IMG/VR virus record: IMGVR_UViG_3300012205_000001
Coordinates: 1 to 44,042 of that record
Source: a virus
DNA length: 44,042 nucleotides
Strand: one strand, 5' to 3'
Shown piece by piece: positions 7,385 through 18,044 of the stretch; the stretch's first letter is position 1, and each line of letters starts with the position of its first letter. The translations under genes and the position numbers were made by a program. The notes under the pieces were generated by a model, which saw only the letters and a program-made list of their open reading frames with translations, was not told where the DNA came from and did no database searches.

Positions 7385-8815
7385 CTAGAACGGCGCGCCG
7401 AACGCGATCAGCGTGAAGGCTCCGATTCTGACAGAGTCAGTCGTGCCGTTCGATTTCGCGCAGAGCGCGATCCGGTCATAGGCTGCCCCAGCCCCAGCGT
7501 AGCCGAGAAAATAGGGCGCGCTGGTGAAATTCAGGCTCGCGGTGCTGGAACTCGCGACGTCGGGATACCATTTGAACGTTGCTCCGCTGATGGTCGGCGC
7601 GTTGGTAATGGCCGTCGCGGAGCTGGACATTGAGCCGGCCGAATCGCGGTTCGCCACGCCGATAGTACCGGTGTCCGTCGCGCCGTTCATCGCCGCATAT
7701 ACGAAGACGTAGATCCGTACCTGCGTATAGAGCCCCGCCGCCGAGTATCTCAGCGGCAGCGTGATGGCCGGCAAGCTGGCGGCGAAGCTGGTGCCGCCAG
7801 AGCCATAGGACTGGTCAAAGATGTAGCGGAAGTTGCTCTTGCTCGTCGTGAAGGCGACGTAACCGGTGCCGGTTCCGGGTCCGATCGCCGACCAGCCGAC
7901 CTGACCGCGGCGATATGTCAATGTGTCGACATAGTTGACTCGCATCTTTTGAAGAGTATCGCTTGAGTCGGCGGTCGCTGTGATGGCGACTACTTCGCCG
8001 CCCTGATGAAGCCGCTGCGTCCCGACGTATGGGCTCTTGCCCGCGACGGTGCCGGTCGAATCGATGTAGGCGCCAGTACTCGTCTGATCGATGAGGTCCT
8101 GGGGTTGCTGATAGACCATGCCGGCATATAGGATCGGACCATTCGAAAAGGCACCATTCTCCGGTCCTGAAAAGAATTGCATCTCGGCATTCGGCGCCAC
8201 AAAACCGCGCGCACTGATGATTGTGTCGGTCTGGATATTCGTCGGATATGGAATCTGCGGCATCGTCGTATAATTCAAATAGTTCGCGAACGTCGTATCG
8301 AAATATTTCACGCCCCAGCCCTGATTCGCCTGTTGGTTGAGCGGCGGTGAGGCCCAATGGATTTGCGCGCCTTCGGCCACATTGCCGAAATTACGCCCGC
8401 AATAGACCTGCCGGAACGCGGGCCCATAGTTCGGGTCAGAAGGCAACAGCACATGGCCAGACGTCGTCGAGACGCCGCCGGTGAAGAAGTTGAAGTAAGG
8501 TTTGCCCGAGAAGGCAAGTCGATTAAGGGCATCAGTTTCGCGCTTGATCAGCGACGCGAGTGCCGGCGCGCCGTTCCGACCCTGGGTCCTCAGTGTGTCG
8601 TCGAACAGGATCGGTGCTGCGCTGCCGCCGACCGCAATCGTCGCGCCCTGTGAGCCCGGCGTGATGCCGGTAGATGTGCCGGATCTGCCGCCAGAGCCCG
8701 TGTCGCCGCCCACACCGGATGTCCGGCCCCTGGCGCTGCCTGGGGTTGAGCCCGGCGTACGGATCAGGGCGGGGCCGAAGCGGCGGAGGCGGGGGATCAT
8801 TCGTAGCCGAACCAA
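7385..8815 (-). CDS. Tail fibre-like protein (476 aa) with Gly/Ser/Thr-rich N-terminus
   Basis: Track ORF; N-terminal GDTGSGGRSGTSTGITPGSQG low-complexity stretch, then beta-rich sequence. Its stop abuts the stop of the plus-strand gene (TAGCTA). Confidence 0.5.
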   Translation of the reverse strand: MVRLRMIPRLRRFGPALIRTPGSTPGSARGRTSGVGGDTGSGGRSGTSTGITPGSQGATIAVGGSAAPILFDDTLRTQGRNGAPALASLIKRETDALNRLAFSGKPYFNFFTGGVSTTSGHVLLPSDPNYGPAFRQVYCGRNFGNVAEGAQIHWASPPLNQQANQGWGVKYFDTTFANYLNYTTMPQIPYPTNIQTDTIISARGFVAPNAEMQFFSGPENGAFSNGPILYAGMVYQQPQDLIDQTSTGAYIDSTGTVAGKSPYVGTQRLHQGGEVVAITATADSSDTLQKMRVNYVDTLTYRRGQVGWSAIGPGTGTGYVAFTTSKSNFRYIFDQSYGSGGTSFAASLPAITLPLRYSAAGLYTQVRIYVFVYAAMNGATDTGTIGVANRDSAGSMSSSATAITNAPTISGATFKWYPDVASSSTASLNFTSAPYFLGYAGAGAAYDRIALCAKSNGTTDSVRIGAFTLIAFGAPF

Positions 8816-9447
8816 CAGCTGAAGTCAGCGATCCCAGGCAGTACGGCAGCCGACGAGCCACCTATCATGGTCACGGTTACGATTACGTTCGACGTATAAG
8901 CCGCGCCCGCGCCATTGCCGACGAGATTGAGCGCCGCCAGATAATTGGTTACCCCCAGGATCGAATCGTCGACGAGAAAATATCCGGCCGTCGTGAAATT
9001 GATCGTCACCGTGCGCGCGATCTGTTGCCCCGCCGCGCTGCCGCCGACATTCAGCTTCGTCGGGACGAAGGCCGCCCCCTGCGCGCTGGCGACATAGGGC
9101 GTCGTCGATAGGTAGACCGAGCAGGCGGTCATGGCATTGCCGCTTGCCGTGTCGCGGATCAGACCCGCAGCCCATAGCATCCTGACGGCGCCAAGCGGCA
9201 CGATGATCGGGCACTGCATCAGCGCGTACTCGCCCGCCGCCGTGACAGAGACCGAATATGTGCCGCCGACCGCGCTTTGGATGTATTGTGCCCACGGCTG
9301 GACATAGGTCGCCGCATTGTTGAGGTGGCGGACGAGATCCAGCGGAACGATGGAATGCATGCCCTCGCCGTCGTTCAACCAATCGTCGAAACCGCCGCCA
9401 GTAGCCGGGGGCCAGAGCGAGACCTGCTCCTTGAGCGTTACTGCCAT
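8797..9447 (-). CDS. Hypothetical tail/baseplate protein (216 aa)
   Basis: Track ORF between the large tip protein and the fibre-like protein. Confidence 0.45.
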   Translation of the reverse strand: MAVTLKEQVSLWPPATGGGFDDWLNDGEGMHSIVPLDLVRHLNNAATYVQPWAQYIQSAVGGTYSVSVTAAGEYALMQCPIIVPLGAVRMLWAAGLIRDTASGNAMTACSVYLSTTPYVASAQGAAFVPTKLNVGGSAAGQQIARTVTINFTTAGYFLVDDSILGVTNYLAALNLVGNGAGAAYTSNVIVTVTMIGGSSAAVLPGIADFSCWFGYE

Positions 9448-12335
9448 TTGAAGAGACTCGTCGTCGTGACGGTATCGACGCGCCGAGTGGATCCGTTGCC
9501 CTGCCAGGTCACGGATGTCGCGCCACCCTGCTTTCGGGATGTGGACGCTAGATGATACTTGTCCAGCAGCATGACATACTCGACGGCGCCGGCCAGCGCC
9601 GCGATGCCGGTCGTCAGCGTGACGGTGCGACCCGCGCCAGCCTTAGACGCAATCGTGTCATTCGAGGTGAACTGATAGCCCGAATCATTGTGCCGGGAGA
9701 CGATTCGCACCTTGTCGCCGACCGCGAAGTCAACCCCGTCATAGTTGTTCGCGGATTTTGTATAGTGGCTCGCCAGCGTCAGGATCTTCGTCCCGGTGTC
9801 ATAGCCGTTGGTGGCGGCGGTATGATCGACGAGCGCGCAGGGCGACCAAGGCGAAAAGGCGCGGGTATTCGATGAGCCCAGCACGTAGAGCTCGGCCGTA
9901 CATTCGCCGGTCCGATAGTTCTTGGAGATGCCACCGAGAATCGCGTAGACGCCGTCCGCTGCGGTGATTCCACGCGCGCCCGTGAATGGATTGGCGAGTG
10001 TGTTGTCAACGATTTGATGAAATGTCCCTGGACTGAGCATGAGCGCGGTTTTGTTCACGCTTCGATGCCAAACGGTCCATGGGAATTGATAGATAACCGA
10101 GTGGGACGTGATGTGCGGGATCAAAGCCTGCACCTGTGATCCAGTTCCGCCATGCACGCGCGCACCGAAGCTCTTGTCGGGAATGTCTTCCTGTCTGATG
10201 TCATTGGGGAAGAAACTACGCGTGGTCAGTGAGTTAACGATGATATCGGGGGCTGTGAAAGCGCCAGCCAGATTGTCCCAGCCTGTCTGAACCTTCCAGG
10301 AGCCACGCATACTGGTGCGGTCCTGCTTGGCCAGCGTTCGGTCTTCAATCTTCGCCCGATTCGCTTCGGAGAAGATGAACGATGAGCCCTGCGCACTATT
10401 GGCCGCCGCGGCGGCAGTCGGCTGCTGGATGTAACGCAGTCTGATCTTAGAGATGCTCGGATCCCAAAGGATGAATAAGCCGAACTCGCGCGCGATCGCC
10501 TGATAGTAATCATTAAACTTCGTGGTGCGATCGATGACGAATACGCGGCCGACGACTGGATCAATCGGCACGCGAAAATCATCTTTCGAGACGACATTGT
10601 TCCAGCCGATGCCGGCGCCTTGCACCCAATAGTTGAATATCGCATCGGTCGGCGCACCGGTTGACGAACAGAGCATCCGCCCAAGTGAGGCGGCGGCATC
10701 ATCATTTTCTGCAATGACCTGCTCGACGGTTCCGACCGCCCCCAGCGCATTCACATAATACGACTTCGCCCCAAGCAACGAAGCTGGCGTTACTGTGAGT
10801 GAATTCGCGATACTACCCGGCGAGAGAGATGCTATCAGTGCGGCGATACTGCCTCCAACATTGGTCGTATTATTCACAACCAATAGAGAGCCATTTCCCA
10901 GACGAACCAGATACAATGTCGCCGGAACTGACTGCGTATAGGGAATGAATTCCGCAGATGAGCCAGCTGTGCTGAGCATAATAACCAGTGATGAGGCGAG
11001 TTGCAAATAGAGTGGGACATAAATAGATGCTACCGATCTAATTCCCGTCAATGTAGAATTGCTCTGTAGCTCAATGTCCATGCTCTGTGAGTCAGGCTCG
11101 ACAGCATTGTAGGCGAAGGCATTGCGTTCCATCCCCAATGCATCGCCAATATCAGCGAAATCGCCGTCATTGCCCTGGATCAAAATAGTGAATGTGTTAT
11201 TCGTTGTCGTCGGCATTAGTAGACGGAAGTATTCCAGGCCATCCGATTGATTGATGATCGTTTTGAGTGTCAATGATAATTTGACTGCAGACATTGCTGC
11301 GTTCATCGCAGTAATTAACGCCGCCTTTGTATATATCTTTTGTGGAATTTGGAATGGTGGATCAGATGGATTACTGCTATTGCCCAGGCTGCCCCAATAC
11401 GAACTAGAACCGCCGCCGATGGCACCTGTGACGACTTTCCAGCGGCACATTTCTGGCTGCAGTAGATAGATCCCAGGACTGATAGTATCGTGTGCGAGGT
11501 CGGGCGCCACCAATGCCTTGTCGAGATCGCTCGTTATGCTGTCAATCGTCATCTGGAATCCGGTGCCATCATTGCTGGTATCGATGGCCGTCACGCGGCC
11601 CAGCATGATGCAAGTGCCATCGCTCTCGATGCCGGGTGTACTACTCGGGCCAATGCTCCCCATGTAGACTGCGGCGACGCGACCATAGATGTTCATGATG
11701 TCATTGGCGACCCACGTCCCCTCGGTCGGCTGGAGAGCGGAATCGTAGCCACCGATCCGATGATAGGGCGTCGCCGGGAACGTCGAGGAGGCATCGGACG
11801 TGGTCCCCATTGCCGGGTATTTGTTCCGGGTGATGATCTGCATGGTCGTCGTGCCGGCACCGTCATCATAAATTAGCGAGATTCCAACCGCCTCAGCCCC
11901 GACGTAAACGTCGGACTGTGCCGTCCAAGGGCCACCGCCACGGACGAAAAAGGTCGAGGTCGACCCGTCCGCGGCGATGTTGCTAGCGAGTTGGCCGACT
12001 CCATTGGTGAGACTGGAGAGCACGCGCCCTGGGGCGAAGAGTCGCGAAAAATAACCGATGCCCGGATGGGCTGGATCGTCGAAATCTAGCAGCGTCAACT
12101 TCATTCGCTCGGGACGCGCCACGCCGCCGATCAGATCGTTGAAGCGCTGCTCGACATGGTCGTCTGGGATGATAAGTCCGCGCTTGGCCCAGATGGTCGG
12201 GTAGTTCGCCGGCCTGGTGAATGGGTCGGCCGTCCCGGCGATGTTGCCGAAGATGTAGAACGGCACGCCGCTGATCCGCAGCCAGAAATAGGGCTGTAGC
12301 GCCTGCCGGTCGGTGACGTCGGTCTGCACCGTCAT
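9438..12335 (-). CDS. Large tail tip / central fibre protein (965 aa; Tal or gpJ-like by position)
   Basis: Largest ORF; lies two genes downstream of the tape measure protein, the usual position of the tip protein in siphovirus-type tail modules. No catalytic motif recognised. Confidence 0.5.
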   Translation of the reverse strand: MTVQTDVTDRQALQPYFWLRISGVPFYIFGNIAGTADPFTRPANYPTIWAKRGLIIPDDHVEQRFNDLIGGVARPERMKLTLLDFDDPAHPGIGYFSRLFAPGRVLSSLTNGVGQLASNIAADGSTSTFFVRGGGPWTAQSDVYVGAEAVGISLIYDDGAGTTTMQIITRNKYPAMGTTSDASSTFPATPYHRIGGYDSALQPTEGTWVANDIMNIYGRVAAVYMGSIGPSSTPGIESDGTCIMLGRVTAIDTSNDGTGFQMTIDSITSDLDKALVAPDLAHDTISPGIYLLQPEMCRWKVVTGAIGGGSSSYWGSLGNSSNPSDPPFQIPQKIYTKAALITAMNAAMSAVKLSLTLKTIINQSDGLEYFRLLMPTTTNNTFTILIQGNDGDFADIGDALGMERNAFAYNAVEPDSQSMDIELQSNSTLTGIRSVASIYVPLYLQLASSLVIMLSTAGSSAEFIPYTQSVPATLYLVRLGNGSLLVVNNTTNVGGSIAALIASLSPGSIANSLTVTPASLLGAKSYYVNALGAVGTVEQVIAENDDAAASLGRMLCSSTGAPTDAIFNYWVQGAGIGWNNVVSKDDFRVPIDPVVGRVFVIDRTTKFNDYYQAIAREFGLFILWDPSISKIRLRYIQQPTAAAAANSAQGSSFIFSEANRAKIEDRTLAKQDRTSMRGSWKVQTGWDNLAGAFTAPDIIVNSLTTRSFFPNDIRQEDIPDKSFGARVHGGTGSQVQALIPHITSHSVIYQFPWTVWHRSVNKTALMLSPGTFHQIVDNTLANPFTGARGITAADGVYAILGGISKNYRTGECTAELYVLGSSNTRAFSPWSPCALVDHTAATNGYDTGTKILTLASHYTKSANNYDGVDFAVGDKVRIVSRHNDSGYQFTSNDTIASKAGAGRTVTLTTGIAALAGAVEYVMLLDKYHLASTSRKQGGATSVTWQGNGSTRRVDTVTTTSLFKWQ

Positions 12336-13219
12336 ACGGTCAATACGCTTTCGCCGTTCTCGGTCACGAGTAGCGGCACGCGGATGTCCCAGAAATTCAG
12401 GTTCGGTGGCACCATCGGGGTGGCGAGCAGCTGGCCCCGCAGCTCATCGGCCGGGAAATATTCGATGTAATTGTAGGGCGAGAAACTGCCAGCGCTGGGC
12501 GCGCTGCTGGTCAGCACTGTACGATCGCGCCACATCAGCAGGCGGCGTCCGAGCGCGGGGCCGTTCTGCCACCAGGTTTCGAAGTCTTCATTGACATGGG
12601 CGCCGCTATTTGCGCGTGCCAGGTAGTAGCCATCCATGCCGTTGAAGCGATATTCGGCGGCCCACTGAACGCCATTGCTTACGGCGGCGGCGGTCATGTC
12701 GGGGGCACGCTGGACGGCGCCGGCGCTTGTTGGGATGCCGTAGTTCAGCGCGGGATCGAAAAGTTGCGGTCCAGTCATGCTGATCGGCATCCCCGGCGAC
12801 CAGAGATATGGGCTGGCGTACGTCGCTGGCGTCGTTCCCCCGCCTACGTCGAATTGCGCCCCATCCCCCAAGGCATATTCCGCTGGTGTCGTCATTCCGG
12901 TGGCGAATGCCAGGGCCGCGCTTGCCTGAATGGTCAGCGTTCCGGGCGCCGTATGCGAAAATGTCACCTTTTGCGGGAATGTCGACGTAAGGGAGACGGT
13001 CCAGATCGCGGCGGTTGTGCTTAATGACGATGCGTCGAGCTGTGTCTTGATCTCCCTGAGAAGGGACTTTCCATTCGCGGAGGTTGTCCGATTGGAGACG
13101 AGATAATACCAAATCGCCGTCGAGACGGTTTCATATGTTCCGTTGTTGTCATAAATGTAGGCGTCTGCAGTAGTTGGCGGGAACCACTGCGAGACGAACG
13201 CCGGAATCGGAGTCGCCAT
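12332..13219 (-). CDS. Distal tail protein-like (295 aa), by position
   Basis: Immediately downstream of the tape measure protein; coupled by overlapping stop/start to neighbours. Confidence 0.4.
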   Translation of the reverse strand: MATPIPAFVSQWFPPTTADAYIYDNNGTYETVSTAIWYYLVSNRTTSANGKSLLREIKTQLDASSLSTTAAIWTVSLTSTFPQKVTFSHTAPGTLTIQASAALAFATGMTTPAEYALGDGAQFDVGGGTTPATYASPYLWSPGMPISMTGPQLFDPALNYGIPTSAGAVQRAPDMTAAAVSNGVQWAAEYRFNGMDGYYLARANSGAHVNEDFETWWQNGPALGRRLLMWRDRTVLTSSAPSAGSFSPYNYIEYFPADELRGQLLATPMVPPNLNFWDIRVPLLVTENGESVLTV

Positions 13220-15205
13220 CTACGCCGCCGCCTTTCCGGTAGTCAGTGCCGTGATGTCGCTGCCTGACTCGCGTGTATAGGCGCCCAGTGCCTTGACGAT
13301 TTCGCGGCCGATTTGGGCCTCGGTGCCAGGCAGGACGCCGCTGATGTTGATCGTGATGGGCGGCTTGTCGGCATTGCTGCCGCTACTGCTGCCAGATGAG
13401 CGAGGGCCGCTGGTAAATCCGCCGCTTCCGGCGCTGCTGCCGCCGCTCGCCGCAGATGATGAGCCGCTTGTGCCGACAGCGCGCGCCCCCAGTCCTGCAC
13501 CGACACCGATGGCGCCGAAGAGTGCTGCTGATTCGAAATGAAGGGCAGCGGGTCCGGGCATGAACATCGCCAAATCAGCGATACCGGCGGCGGTCTCGTA
13601 AAGGGCCCGCCCGATGGCCTGCGCTGCCAAGCCTTCCAATATATCGTGTGTCGCTTGCCTGACGGACGTCGAATGCGCCTTGTCGCCGGCAATCGATGCG
13701 GCGATGCTGGCTCCCAAGGCGTCGGCCATTTTCTTACCAGCGCCCGCGATCATGCTCGATGTATCAAGGGCATTCTTTTGGAATTCATCGAGATGCTTGT
13801 ATGTCTCATTCGGACCATTTGGACCAAATAGCAATTGGGCCATGAGACCGCCCGGTACTCCGCCGCCGCCTTTGTCGATAATTTCCCGCAGATTCTCGGC
13901 GCGTTTTTTTACGATCTCCTCGAAGTCCTTATCATTTCGACCAGCGAAGTCCTTCTCGGCTTTGTCCATGGCCGCGCCCTGCTCGCCCATATCGGCGCCA
14001 CGCGCCTGATATTCGCGTTCCTGCCCGCCGGCAGACTGTTTGCCGTATGGCGAATAATTGTCGTATGGATCCTCGCCGCCATTCCATTGCGATAAATCAA
14101 ACGGCTTCGGCTTGTCGGGCTCATGACCGACGACACTAAATCCCTTGCCATAGCTATTTCCAACGGCAAGCCGTTTCCGTTCTGCCTCCCACATGGCATC
14201 TTCGGCGGCTTGTTTCGCGGCAGCTTCCTCTTCTTTGCGAAACTCGGACTGAGCTGCTGCGTAGGCTGTCGTATCACCATAGGGGGATACAGAAGCGAAT
14301 GTCGCAAGGCGAATACTTCCAATCGATTTCTTCGTCTCGGTACCAAGGTTCTTGACGCCAGCGATGAGGCGCTCCAGGGCACTGGCCACCGTCAGACTTT
14401 TCTCGCCCCATTTCTCGGTTGCCTCGCCTATGGATTTGAGTGCGGCCTCTTGAACCGCCAGGACCTTTTGACCGTCAGTCAATTCGGAAGTGACAAGGCC
14501 ATGCGCCTGTGCAAATGCCGCCGCCGCCTCGGTTGCGCTACCCATCACGCCAACATGCTGCAACATCTTCGTGCGACCGGTAGCAAGGCCATCAATCAGA
14601 CCGTCAAGCGCTTCTTTGACATTCGTTCCAGTGACGTCCGCATAATGTTTCGCCGCCGCAGCAACCAGGCCATATTGCTCATCTGTGAGTGTAAGTTCTT
14701 TTGCGAATCCGCGATTCTTCGCCGAGATGAGATCGATATCTGCAACCTCTCCCCGCGTGGCCTCACGCATCTGATTGATTGATCCGCGAAGCCCTTCATA
14801 GATTTTCGTATCGACGATGATTTCCTCGCCAAACCGTTTGAAGCGCTCCCAGCCCTCGGTCATTACGTCGATTACACCACGTGCAACCGTTGTAATATTT
14901 TCGAGATCCTCGGCGGTGCGTCGCCATTCAGAGGCGGCACGATTCGCGGCTATCTCATGTGCACGCTGAACTTTATTGACCGCGTCGACTTGATCCTGAA
15001 GGTCCTTGATTTGTTCCTGGGCCGTATCCTTCGCCGATTTCGTCGTCGCGTCGTTCGCCTGCTTGTGCAGGACAACCAGCTGATCGAGATAGGCCTTAAT
15101 TCGCGCATTTAGTTCGCCTTGGGTCGACGCCGCCAGCTGCTGGACCTCGGCCGGATCCATGCCCTTGATGACGAGCTTGAGCAGGATCTGATCTTCCGTT
15201 GGCAT
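13220..15205 (-). CDS. Tape measure protein (661 aa)
   Basis: Long charged, helical, Ala/Glu/Lys-rich protein with Gly-rich C-terminus (GAGLGARAVGTSGSSSAASGGSSAGSGG); flanked by putative chaperone ORFs upstream and tip proteins downstream. Confidence 0.55.
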   Translation of the reverse strand: MPTEDQILLKLVIKGMDPAEVQQLAASTQGELNARIKAYLDQLVVLHKQANDATTKSAKDTAQEQIKDLQDQVDAVNKVQRAHEIAANRAASEWRRTAEDLENITTVARGVIDVMTEGWERFKRFGEEIIVDTKIYEGLRGSINQMREATRGEVADIDLISAKNRGFAKELTLTDEQYGLVAAAAKHYADVTGTNVKEALDGLIDGLATGRTKMLQHVGVMGSATEAAAAFAQAHGLVTSELTDGQKVLAVQEAALKSIGEATEKWGEKSLTVASALERLIAGVKNLGTETKKSIGSIRLATFASVSPYGDTTAYAAAQSEFRKEEEAAAKQAAEDAMWEAERKRLAVGNSYGKGFSVVGHEPDKPKPFDLSQWNGGEDPYDNYSPYGKQSAGGQEREYQARGADMGEQGAAMDKAEKDFAGRNDKDFEEIVKKRAENLREIIDKGGGGVPGGLMAQLLFGPNGPNETYKHLDEFQKNALDTSSMIAGAGKKMADALGASIAASIAGDKAHSTSVRQATHDILEGLAAQAIGRALYETAAGIADLAMFMPGPAALHFESAALFGAIGVGAGLGARAVGTSGSSSAASGGSSAGSGGFTSGPRSSGSSSGSNADKPPITINISGVLPGTEAQIGREIVKALGAYTRESGSDITALTTGKAAA

Positions 15206-15540
15206 CAGTGCCGTCCCTTCGCCTTGCGCTTCTCGCTGTCATAATCATCGCGGGACCGCTTTTCTTTGAGCCAAATATGGACCAGGTCGATGGCCATGGG
15301 CGACAGCGTCTCGACGTTGCGCGAGCCGGATTCAATTTCGAATGCCCATTGTGAGACGAGCCGCGCCGGATGGATGCCACCGTCAATCAGATAGGGCGCC
15401 GGGAGGCCCATGCCGGCCGTGCGCAGATAGAAGGCCGGGCAATCGTCGAAGACCTCCTGCGAGCCCGGGATCGGATTCCAGGCGCCGTCAGGCCGCTTGG
15501 CGCTGATGTCCGGGCATGCCCATTGCCGTCGCATGCTCAC
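15205..15540 (-). CDS. Putative tail assembly chaperone, second ORF in the -1 frame (111 aa)
   Basis: Sits in the -1 frame relative to 15537..16199 and immediately before the tape measure protein, matching the conserved G/GT arrangement. Starts at GTG, overlapping the upstream stop (GTGA). Confidence 0.3.
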   Translation of the reverse strand: MSMRRQWACPDISAKRPDGAWNPIPGSQEVFDDCPAFYLRTAGMGLPAPYLIDGGIHPARLVSQWAFEIESGSRNVETLSPMAIDLVHIWLKEKRSRDDYDSEKRKAKGRH

Positions 15541-16199
15541 TGGACACCCGACGCAGCCTCCGGCGCGGGAGACGGCTCCATAATGGCCGTCGTGGACGCC
15601 GCCACCGATGATGGCGTCTGCGTGGACGGCGGCGATGATGCTTTTTTTACGGCGTCCTCTGGATAGGTGGCGCGGTAGATGAGGCCGCCATAGAAGGCGA
15701 CCATGCCGGGGTAGCGCGTTTCCAGATCGCTGATGAACTCAGGCGCCAGCATACGCACCCCACGCTCCTTGACCACACGCGGGTGTCGAATTTGGTCAGG
15801 CGTCTGAATCTCCTCGGGCTCGCCCGGGAAGTCGACGCCGATGCGGAAGCACACCAGCGTAGCCCTGCCCCAGCTTTCGACATTGTTGGCCGCCTCATAC
15901 CAGTAGGCTGAGGCCATGCGCGCTTCATCGGGCGTCAGATTGCGGAAGGTGATGATGCTGGCCTTGCCGGCGGATTCAAATGGGCGAAGGTGCATGGCCT
16001 CGCCGTCCTCACGCCAGCTGGCCAGTGCGGCGGCGCTGATATTCGCCAGTGCAGGATCCTCGCGCCAGATGCTCTCCCTGACCTCATGAGGCCTCCAACC
16101 GAAGCTAAGAGCCATCGCGCGCTCCCTTCGCCCACCCAGGCTTCGGGGTGGAAGAGGAAGGCGAGGGGGACGACGCGATGGCAGCAATCTGGGCGGCAA
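15537..16199 (-). CDS. Putative tail assembly chaperone (likely starts at internal MALSFGW)
   Basis: Track ORF; N-terminal 28 residues are Pro/Arg-rich and implausible. Position upstream of the tape measure protein. Confidence 0.3.
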   Translation of the reverse strand: MPPRLLPSRRPPRLPLPPRSLGGRRERAMALSFGWRPHEVRESIWREDPALANISAAALASWREDGEAMHLRPFESAGKASIITFRNLTPDEARMASAYWYEAANNVESWGRATLVCFRIGVDFPGEPEEIQTPDQIRHPRVVKERGVRMLAPEFISDLETRYPGMVAFYGGLIYRATYPEDAVKKASSPPSTQTPSSVAASTTAIMEPSPAPEAASGVQ

Positions 16200-16331
16200 G
16201 AAACGTCAGCCGCACCGAACAGCCGCACATCACCTGGACATCGCCACTTTCGGGCGCCTCCACCACCTGATGCCCAGCGTGCGGAACGTGATCGGGCGCG
16301 AGGGCCCCGACAAGGCCGATGAGCGAGTCCA

Positions 16332-17984
16332 TTACATCCATCCGACGTTGAAGCTGGGCAGCGTGGCGGCGAAGCTGTTGCCTCGGACGGCCTGCGGATG
16401 GATGGCCTGCCCATCGAGCGCGAACTCCCCTTGGCCGCCATTGTAGGTGAAGACCGCTTTGGTGAGCTGCAGGGCAGGCGCGCCGATGCAGAACGTCTCC
16501 TTCGGGTTGCCGCCCTTCTGGTAAAGGAAGTTCACCACGTCGCCGGCATGGAGGCGGTCAACCAGGTCCTTGAATGAGGCCAGATCGTCATTGTCGGCCA
16601 GGGCGGTAAAACTCATCGACACGGGCTCGACGTCCATCGCCATGCCGTCCATTTGATTGAATGCGTTCAGGCTTGGGCGTGGGATCGGCTTGAGACCGAA
16701 CATCACCTTCAGATCGCCGCAGATGACCTGTGTCCCGTCGATGCAGAGGCGGGCCCCCTTGCCGTCGACCGGCACCGTCGTGTCGAGCAGCGGAACCGGG
16801 AAGGAGGCCGACGTGATCGGATTGGTGATGTTGTATTCGATGCCCTCGGCAGCGACGTATTTCATCAGGAACTTGATCACCTGATCGCGTGCCACGTCGA
16901 GTTCGATGGTCGGCATGCAGCCATGGAAGACCTGTCGATAGAGCCCGCCGCGATAGAAGTCGAAGGTGCGGGTCCGGAAGTCGGTCGTCTTGAAACTGTA
17001 CCAGGCCGAAGCATAGATCGTGCTCGCCGCCGCCACCGACCCGGTCGTGATGACGCCGTTCTGCACGGTCAGTGTATTGGTGCTCTTGTTCAGCACCTGG
17101 AACGCCTCACCGGTGGCCAACAGGCCGAAGCCGCCGATGCTAAAGCCCGCCCCGCTGGCGGCGACGACCGTCGTTGCAGTCGAGCTGCTGACCGTCGAAC
17201 CGGTGTCGAGCGTCTCGGTCATGTGGTCGCCCAGAAGGCCGCCCATCTCCTGGGGCGGGACGGCGGCGGTGGCATTGCCGGCACTTGCCGTGAGCGGCCG
17301 CTGGGGCAGGATGATCTCCAGGGTCGATTCGGTGGTCACCGGCACGGCCGCGTCGGCGGCCTTCAGGCCCACAATTCGGCGCTGGACCACCTTGTGGGTC
17401 ATCGTCGCGGTGGCGGGCGCCTCCGGACGTAGCAGGGAGCGCAGCAGGTACAGCGCGCCGTCCCCGCCGGCCGCCGCCATGGTCGGCGTCGTGGTGAAGG
17501 TCCCGGTGCTGCTCAGAAAGCTCGCCACCTGATAGGCGCCGCCCGCATTCGTGCCGCCCTTGCCGACTAGGAACATGCCGCGATTCGTCGGAAAGCTGTC
17601 GGGCTCGTTCGTGATGCTCTGATGGGCCGAGCTGGTGACGGTTGTGGTCGTTGCCGTCGCAGTCGACCGCACAGGCACCTCGGCCGGCTGCCAGAGGGCC
17701 AACGTCGTCACGTTGGTGCCCGACGTCCAGGCGGCGTCGATCGTCGCCGTGGTCGTGCCGAGCACGAAGCTTTTGACCTGCCGCACCTGGCCGCGCGCGT
17801 CGCCATCCAGCGGCACGACGTAGTTGCCGATGCATGTGCTGGTCAGCGTCGCGCCGACGAATGTCGTCGTGGTGACCGATGAAGGGGTGATGGCGCGCGC
17901 CGTGGCCTCCTGGGAGGCTCTATACTGCGCCTCCGGGGCGGTCAGCAGTAGGTCGCGTGTTTGGATCCTTGGCTCGTTCGGCAT
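16332..17984 (-). CDS. Putative major tail protein (550 aa), Thr/Ala-rich
   Basis: Large structural-looking ORF directly upstream of the chaperone pair; assignment by gene order only. Confidence 0.35.
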   Translation of the reverse strand: MPNEPRIQTRDLLLTAPEAQYRASQEATARAITPSSVTTTTFVGATLTSTCIGNYVVPLDGDARGQVRQVKSFVLGTTTATIDAAWTSGTNVTTLALWQPAEVPVRSTATATTTTVTSSAHQSITNEPDSFPTNRGMFLVGKGGTNAGGAYQVASFLSSTGTFTTTPTMAAAGGDGALYLLRSLLRPEAPATATMTHKVVQRRIVGLKAADAAVPVTTESTLEIILPQRPLTASAGNATAAVPPQEMGGLLGDHMTETLDTGSTVSSSTATTVVAASGAGFSIGGFGLLATGEAFQVLNKSTNTLTVQNGVITTGSVAAASTIYASAWYSFKTTDFRTRTFDFYRGGLYRQVFHGCMPTIELDVARDQVIKFLMKYVAAEGIEYNITNPITSASFPVPLLDTTVPVDGKGARLCIDGTQVICGDLKVMFGLKPIPRPSLNAFNQMDGMAMDVEPVSMSFTALADNDDLASFKDLVDRLHAGDVVNFLYQKGGNPKETFCIGAPALQLTKAVFTYNGGQGEFALDGQAIHPQAVRGNSFAATLPSFNVGWM

Positions 17985-18044
17985 CTTGTTCTCCTCGGCA
18001 CTTGTTGTGTCGGTCCCCGCCCGTCGCTGTCCGCCCCGGAACTG

